A stretch of DNA of 46,158 nt from Nemertoderma westbladi (Eukaryota; Animalia; Xenacoelomorpha), in assembly GCA_032718475.1 (NCBI GenBank), contig JAUCBJ010000450.1, forward strand, positions 1 to 46,158. The letters run 5' to 3'. The notes under the pieces were generated by a model. The model searched no databases. It was not told the DNA's origin and saw nothing but the letters and a program-made list of their open reading frames with translations. Made by a program: the position numbers and the translations under genes. This document shows, piece after piece, positions 39,151-46,158 of this stretch (within the stretch, counting starts at the first letter, position 1; the number at the start of each line of letters is the position of its first letter).

Positions 39151-39223
39151 GTTGGTTGTTATGGTAACTACATACATATATTGGGACAAATTTACAGAGG
39201 GGTTGGTTGTTATAGCAACTACA
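39131..39223 (+). repeat. 51-bp imperfect tandem duplication of the exon B donor junction
   Basis: GGAAAACATTTCCGAGAG|GTTGGTTGTTATGGTAACTACAT versus GGACAAATTTACAGAGGG|GTTGGTTGTTATAGCAACTACAT. GT at 39151 and 39202. Confidence 0.85.
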
Positions 39224-39490
39224 TTGTGAGATGGTAACTGTATTTTGGTTGGTTGGTTCGAAGAAACCAAACATGCCCGAAACTGATGCGCTTTTACATC
39301 AATTCTCTATACATGGGTCTCTCCAGCAAAATTTGTAACACAAAGGGGTTCCATGAGCCAAATGCGTCATGCATCATATCTGCAACTTGTGTGCGGGAAA
39401 AGTGCTGCTCTACTGTATCACATCCCATAATGTCACTGCTAACCACTTCTTGGGCCTCTGTATGACACCGAACCGGACTGCACTACTTCC

Positions 39491-39888
39491 CACTACATTC
39501 ACAAGAATGCTACGCCGGGTTCATTGTGTCAAGTACAATGCACACATCTCCAACCAGACACTATATAACATTGGAGGTGTCTCATTGGTTCCCCCAAGCT
39601 TGACACTAGAACAAAATCGCCTCCGCTTTGCAGGACATTGCTTTCGCCGTGAGGAACAGCCAGTGCATAATCTTGTAGTTTGGCAGCCTCATGGAGTGAA
39701 TAAGCATGGTGGACAGCCCATGACTTTCTTGAGACGCATCTTAAAGGACACTGGCCTTGAAGATGCGGATGATCTAGCAAATGTCATGGGTGATAGGGAG
39801 TTGTGGCGGTGCAATTTTGTCGACAAGCCGGCACAGCATTCTTAAAAATGCAGCTGCAATGCAGCATGCCGATCCTAGTAGTATAGTA
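39491..39888 (+). mobile_element. 5'-truncated RTE-clade LINE 3' fragment with 11-bp target-site duplication
   Basis: Encodes an RTE-type C-terminus FTRMLRR...RLRFAGHCFRR...WQP.G...DTGL...MGDRELWR. TAGTAGTATAGTA tail. GCACTACTTCC at 39480-39490 and 39889-39899. Confidence 0.88.
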
Positions 39889-40205
39889 GCACTACTTCCA
39901 TGAAGGACTGGCTTTACCGGTTGATTAACATTTTAATTTTCATTCCGTTAAATATTCTACATTTTAGCTTATTTTTTATTTTTTTTATATATATAATTTT
40001 ATGATTTTATTGTGTTACAGTAGATCTGCCAATATCATGACGTAATTCAATTAAACTAACAAATTATTTTGTATTTATTAAATATAATAAAAAACATGTA
40101 ATCCTAGAATACCTATGTCTCAGATATTTCACAGTAAAATTAGAATGCTTTTACATAATATTTACTTACTTAGCAATTAATTATTTAATTACAGTAGTGG
40201 TGTAA

Positions 40206-40466
40206 GGCCCGTGCTCCACTGGTAAGTCGTGACAAGTCGTATGTCACCAGTCGAAATAAATTATGGAACACATTGGTTTCAATGGGAGCGGCTCCACTGG
40301 TATGTCATGAGTCGTTTGTTACGACCCATGCGCATGGGTCGATAGTGATTATGTCCCATGTTCCATTTTTGACATACGACCCATGTGTTCTTTCTGGCAA
40401 GAGGCCTGTGATTGGTTACTTTGGATAGCAGCATGACTTATATGACTTACCAGTGGAGCACGGGAG
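40206..40466. mobile_element. MITE, PIF/Harbinger-like
   Basis: TIRs CCCGTGCTCCACTGGTAAGTC / GACTTACCAGTGGAGCACGGG, with TAA on the left flank. Confidence 0.8.
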
Positions 40467-40698
40467 CTATTCTTTTGACAACGGACTCAAACAAATTCTA
40501 AATAAGGTTCAAATTTTTACTCATATTTATATTACATAATTTTGCCTACTTGAATGTAAGCCACAGCCACTGTCGGTAATGTATCACAATTCACCCACAT
40601 AATCTTTAAATGAACGTATAAGTAAAACGCAAGCGAAGCTGTCAGACACGTTACAAAATTACATACAACACTCTTCCGTGGCATGGATGGTGTACAGG

Positions 40699-40761
40699 CA
40701 TCTCCTCCTGTACACAAGGTCAACTCTAGAGTAGAGTTGTCCTTGTGTACAGGAGGAGATG
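40699..40761. other. 63-nt near-perfect inverted repeat (30-bp arms, 1 mismatch, 3-nt loop)
   Basis: CATCTCCTCCTGTACACAAGGTCAACTCTA-GAG-TAGAGTTGTCCTTGTGTACAGGAGGAGATG. Confidence 0.95.
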
Positions 40762-40946
40762 GTGACAACAACATGGAAGAAACATATTCATGTTTTTGGT
40801 ATTCTTCCCTTATTTACATTGAATGAATACATATGAAACCCTAGTCGCTAATTCAACAAAGCAGTAACCATTACCTTCCCTGCCCTGCCATCTCTGCCCT
40901 TCCCTTCATAGACATTGTTTATTTGATTATTATGATTCCTTAATAG

Positions 40947-41084
40947 AATGTAATTCGACACCACTGGGTACACAGAAGGCGACAAGATGGGAAATGTAAT
41001 TCCTGTAAGAAAAGCTATCGCTACCCGGCATTGTCAAGCACAAAGGATATTGTAGCAATTAGCTGCAGTTGGTGTAAAGTTTCG
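40947..41084 (+). CDS. DGKZ: DGK type IV exon C, C1B domain first part: [46 protein letters not shown]
   Basis: taatag|AAT acceptor, TCG|gtgagt donor, 138 nt, phase 0/0. Contains the DGKZ/I hallmarks [14 protein letters not shown] and [10 protein letters not shown]. Not in the supplied ORF track. Confidence 0.95.
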
Positions 41085-41678
41085 GTGAGTAAATTATCAT
41101 TGGTGGTTTTCTTCTTCAAATGTATTAGGCCTATACAGTATACACATTAGTGGGGCCTTGGCGCGGGTGGAAGTAAGCTACTGTAGCTTATGTGGCCTCT
41201 CCGCCCTCTTGCTGGATACAGTACTTTATACATACTGGAGATCAACTACCATAACAGATTAAGTGGACCATTACCCCAAATCGATTATTTTTTATTTACA
41301 AAGCTGAAATTTTGAAACTTTAACTCAATGATCTGTGATATATTACTATGAAAACTGAGTATACAGTAATTATCGTCGTAAACCCGTTTGTTCGAAAAAT
41401 GTGGCACATTTTGAGCAAGTCGGCTTTTTATATGTAAAATATATATAGAAGTACCACTAAAACCACCTGGCTTGAAGTTCTCGGTCCAAGACTTTGGCAC
41501 AATGGACTTTTATGAAAATTGCAGCTTTAAATAATTGTTTTTGAAAAATTTATGGGGGTTTTAGTACGTTTGGACTATATTTTGCGCATCATATATTTTG
41601 AGATAGACAAAGAGTAGCAGTTACAAAAACAAATCTCGTAATTAATATCAATGAGTGATATCCGTCTATATGCCATAA

Positions 41679-42151
41679 GCGGCTGCTCCATACCAAAACC
41701 CAGTAACTGAGCATTTTTTTTATTTGACCTTTGGTGTTTTCGAGGGTGTAGAATTCATCTGTGAAAGTCTCAAAGTCCCATAATGAAGATATCACTGTTC
41801 CAAAACCCAGTAAAACTACGTCATTTAATTTACATTTCACGGAATAACATTGCAAAACAAATTAACTTCCACTTACTCGGTTTCCAATTTATTTACTGTT
41901 ACATTTTTAACTTTCAAAACCCAGTATCTTCAACAAACATGGTAAAGCCTAATTATTCACCACATCAAAACCAAGTAGATGCCAGATTGTGTAGTTACTG
42001 GGTTTCTAGCAACATTTACTGGGTTTTGGGAAATTAATAATTATAATTTTTGTACTCTAGGTTGTAGAGACACCATTTTGTATGAAAAACTTCAAATGCG
42101 ATTTTCTCAAAATGAAGTTTTCACTTACTGGGTTTGGGCATGGGGCAGCCG
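41679..42151. mobile_element. MITE with symmetric internal AAACCCAGTA motifs (three forward, three reverse)
   Basis: TIRs CGGCTGCTCCATACCAAAACCCAGTAA / TTACTGGGTTTGGGCATGGGGCAGCCG with TAA near both ends. Confidence 0.75.
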
Positions 42152-42741
42152 TAAGGCATTTCCGTGTGGTACTGTACATTCTTTCTGTCTGCAGTATTTC
42201 CCCCTATGCACTAACCTCTGAGCAGCAATGAGTAGGCCTTCTATCATGTGAACTCCTATGAATGGTTTCATTCAATCTTTGATTATAAATCGATGTCGGA
42301 TATAATGATGAGTGTTTCTCCGTTGAATTTAAAATTGTCTCGCCCTCCGATTTATTGTGGACCTAGTCACTCCAAATATTTTAATAATTTAATTAGTTTC
42401 CATGAAAATTCGGATTTCCTAATAAAATCAAGGCTTTTCTTACCGAATACATATAGGTCGTCCTGATAACCCTGTATACATAAGGGTCGGGCGTAGCCGA
42501 GTAGGGTTGGAACAATAACTGCAACCAGAATAATAATTGTATTTAATCAATGCAGCCATTGTTTGGTTGTCCGACCATAGTTTGGCGGATAAGTTGATGA
42601 CTTTCACCTTGCCCCAATATCGGCCCAATGTCCCAATGTGCGCTAAGGTTCTTCCTGACTGCGTGGCTCACCCCACATTGAGATTCCGTACAAATGAATT
42701 CGTCTTCGCCTGAGTTGATAGGCCCCTTATCTTATAATATT

Positions 42742-43122
42742 TTTTAGAAGACCGTTAGGGCTTATTGCTGTAAAAAAACGTCTGTTTGTTTGTCTGTAGG
42801 CCTATATGTACAATATGTTTGTGCACATTGATATTGGCTTGAAATTTTTTTGGTAAAGTCTGATTTCACCGGTACATGTCATCCGAAATAAGGAGTATGA
42901 TATATTGATGTTGGGATACAGTTCACCAAACTGTGCAATCACATTTTAAAAAAAATTTGAATTTCGATTCTCGAGATATCATCAAATTACATTTCATTAG
43001 AACACCGTTAGGGCTTACTTGTTGAGAGGATAAGTACATGTGCAGCAATAACTGTAAAACTATCCTTCTTATGGACTGACGGTCTTCTTATAGCCAGCTT
43101 ACTGGCGGATGGCCATCTCGTG
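42742..43122 (+). mobile_element. Short HINE/DINE-1-like element ending ~30 bp before DGK exon D
   Basis: Subterminal IRs AGAAGACCGTTAG (42746) / CTGACGGTCTTCT (43076), GTCTGTTTGTTTGTCTGT microsatellite, 3' stem-loop GCCAG-CTTA-CTGGC. Confidence 0.72.
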
Positions 43123-43153
43123 ATAATCATGCGTTAACGGTTTTTTTTTTCAG

Positions 43154-43276
43154 TATCATAATAAAGTTCAGTGCTTCAGCATACAGCAGCTAGAAGAAAC
43201 TTGTAACCTAGGGCAACATGCAGGACTCATAGTTCCCCCAACATGGATAGTTAAAGTCAGTAAACAGAAACATGTG
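43154..43276 (+). CDS. DGKZ: DGK type IV exon D, end of C1B: YHNKVQCFSIQQLEETCNLGQHAGLIVPPTWIVKVSKQKHV
   Basis: Poly-T cag|TAT acceptor, GTG|gttagt donor, 123 nt, phase 0. Matches recalled DGKZ [32 protein letters not shown]. Confidence 0.93.
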
Positions 43277-43405
43277 GTTAGTATTAATTAAACTAAACAA
43301 ATTGTTAGTTATAATAAATAAATAACCTAAAAACTACTCTAGTTTCATAAAAATACATTCTGAAGTTTAGTTTTAGTAGTAGTAGTAGTAGTACAAATAA
43401 CATAA

Positions 43406-44444
43406 AGGCCCGCTCACATCCAACGGAACGGTACACCGCGCGGTGTACCGCAGGGCCAGCGGTACACCGCTGACTGTGAACGACCCAACAGGTAGTTGTG
43501 AGCTAAACCGCGCGGTCAACCGCAGCCCATTTAAACAATGTGAAAATAATTAATGTAATTTCCTGTTGAATTCACAGTCGACAGATAGACAATCAGTTAC
43601 CGCAACGGTACCAGTTACCGGCTACCGGTTACCTGCAAATGTACAGTATTACCTAATCGAATCAATTTCACAAACCATGTAGGGCTTAAATCTCGTCTGA
43701 TCGATTTATTTCATTAAACACTACTCAATTGATATTCCCTGTAGCTGGTCGGTGTGCTGCAGCTGCGTCTTGATGAACTGTAGAAATAATAACTCTCGTC
43801 TCGATGATTTATACCCATAGATAACGACTTACAGTATATTCTATAATGCTTTATTTAATTAATACAAATTTTATTACACTTCACATCCACTCTGACCATT
43901 TTAATGCGTATTTATTGCATCTCATTTTAAATTTAATACGCATATATTTTATCTCATTTTCACGACATCAAGTCCGACCCTTTTATTAATACGTATATAT
44001 ATATTTCATCTTATTTTAATACAAATATTTCTATCTAATTTCATATAACATCCTGTCTTCTGACCCTTTTAACTTCTTCGTTTAATCTCATAATTAGCAC
44101 GGCCTTTTTGAGACCAATTACATACAGTAATAATTTTAATTCGGTGTATTTTAATGTACCTTAATTAATTATGAACTCATATTTTAAACTAAGTAATGTA
44201 AGTAATCTATGTAATGTATCTTTTATGGGGGAAACCCCATCACCATATAATACTATAGTTAAATTGTCTATATGCTGTCTTTGTTCAGTTCTAAGTTATT
44301 TATATTAATAATAATATTAATAATACCGTTGGGTGTGAATGGGCTCCGGGAAGTGTACAACTTCAACACCGCTGGACATTGTGTCCAAACTACCCTGTCA
44401 ACGGGAAGTTTACCGCTCACGCACCGTTGGATGTGAACGGGGCT
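43406..44444. mobile_element. MITE, PIF/Harbinger-like (~1 kb)
   Basis: TIRs AGGCCCGCTCACATCCAACGG / CCGTTGGATGTGAACGGGGCT flanked by TAA / TTA. Confidence 0.8.
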
Positions 44445-44789
44445 TTACCCGCAACCTACTGGTAATAATTATCATGCTTCCATTTACTGAGATGTATATA
44501 GTGTAGTAGGATATGGTATGGTACACGTTATTCCCATGACCACAAAAACGAGACTAACTGTACTTTACTGTATATCAGCAACTGCTACAGGAAAAACTCA
44601 TGAAAACGTTTAGTATTTCGCGTTTAATTTAGTTTATTGTGGTTTCTATTGTGCTGCGTAATAGTCGACTATGTTCATCAACATACCAATCAATCGTCCA
44701 ATATTATTTTATTTGTTAAGCAGCTTAAGACCTGTCTCTCCCATGAAAACTATACTTATTTAGCTACAGTATACCAAATATTTAAGGAT

Positions 44790-45043
44790 GTAAATCAGAG
44801 ATATGGCAAGTTCCCACATGTGGCCATGGGCTTTGCTTATATAGCTGTGAGGTCCCGCCTTCGAAGCGGTGCATCGCTTCTTTGTTTCGCATTTCTCACG
44901 TCTACCGATCACTTTTGTAGTCTAATTAATGATTTCGTGCCGTTACGAAAACTCCCCTAGACCATTTGGGGGAGTCGAACCCACGACCTCCAGAGATACG
45001 TGGAATCTAAGCAACGGAGTTAACCACTCAGCCAAGGTGGTCC
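44790..45043 (-). mobile_element. tRNA-derived SINE (second family)
   Basis: Minus strand: A box TGGCTGAGTGG and B box GGTTCGACTCC followed by a non-tRNA body. The 3' end is approximate. Confidence 0.75.
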
Positions 45044-46069
45044 ATTAACCACACTCAGCGAGTTGCTGATGAGGATATTATTATTCAATTTTGGTGAAAC
45101 TCATTACAACCTATTTAACATTCAAAAATAACAAATTCTAAATCTTTATGGATAAATTTAAAATTATATCATCTGTATAGCCTGCGCTTATCCGGTAGTG
45201 TTTGTTTCCGTACACCAACCCAATAATGTCTGACATGTCCTGCTGCCATGTGTTCTCTGTGTGTTCGCGCTTTTGAAGACCTTTAGCAGTTTAACCTGCC
45301 AAAATTTATATGTCTTCTAGTTAATTAAAACCACTTTAGCATACGACAATATTTTATGCTAATACGCAAAACATTAGCCGAAGTCAGCCCATGCGCGATC
45401 ATTCACCCGATGGATCTACACCCGGGAGACTGAATTCGGATGCTTGAATTGTATTATTACAGTGTAAGGTTGCAGTGTATACCTAATGTATTATTCGATA
45501 GATCGTTAATAATTAATCTCTGACAGATATTATTGGCTTTCGGGAAATATTAACAGTTCCTTTAGGACGTGGCGCTTTATCTATTTAAACAGAACTAGGA
45601 CTTATACTAAACGCAACGATACTGCTTATGATTAAAGTATAAAGCGTATTCTTTAGGAAATACTTTGTTACCAATCACAATCATACACACTATTCTGCCG
45701 ACCGTCAGTATATTTGATCACACATAAAGAGAGCAGCAATTGACTCACGTAGGGTCTGCTAAATAACATTGGATTCAATACACACCACATTAATATAAAT
45801 CGCAATTGTTATGTATAGCCGGTCTCTCTAACCTGTAGTGTATCAAGAAAATTGGGAATTTGGGTGATTTATCCGTATTATCCAAATAGCAATATTTCCA
45901 TCAACAAATAGGTACAATTAATAACTGACGGTAAAATAACAGTACAAACAATATGATTAATGCAATTAAATTAAGTGAGTTAAGTGAGTTTCATTAGATT
46001 GATTAATTAGATTCGATTCGTTAAGTTAGTTAACAGTTTATACTTTCGATAATTCAAGCAGTTTACTAG

Positions 46070-46158
46070 AGTTCTTACCGAAAGGCCGGTGTTTCTGGCT
46101 TAGACAGCAATAACAACAAAGTAACAAGTAAAAGCAGTAAGACTGAACACTCTCCTTA
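46070..46158 (+). CDS. Possible next DGK exon (partial, runs off the window): SSYRKAGVSGLDSNNNKVTSKSSKTEHSP
   Basis: tttactag|AGT acceptor, open in phase 0 to the window end. S/K-rich as expected for the linker after C1B. Similarity is weak. Confidence 0.35.

Overview
AT-rich animal (probably invertebrate) nuclear DNA containing the 5' part of a + strand type IV diacylglycerol kinase gene (DGK zeta/iota, rdgA-like). Four exons read from the sequence (7487-7625, 38929-39150, 40947-41084, 43154-43276) splice in frame to give the N-terminal 'KAI...DW' segment and both atypical C1 domains, and a fifth exon may start at 46070. The main observation is that the ~22.4 kb, 33-bp satellite (7618-29988, ~678 copies) is an amplification of the gene's own exon/intron junction. 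Nearly every unit carries the exon end plus a GTAAGT 5' splice donor, the unit is a stop-free multiple of 3, and the first nine donors are in frame with the next exon 31 kb away. The donor of that next exon is also tandemly duplicated in frame (51 bp) and has a similar intron-start sequence. The introns also hold an intact APE-RT LINE ORF, a 5'-truncated RTE copy with TSD, tRNA-derived SINEs, hAT and PIF/Harbinger-like MITEs, and Helentron/DINE-1-like elements, one with nine CTCF-like motifs at ~146-bp spacing. The long LLDCKLLLVSY ORFs are artefacts of the satellite. Family assignments come from recalled motifs, not database searches.
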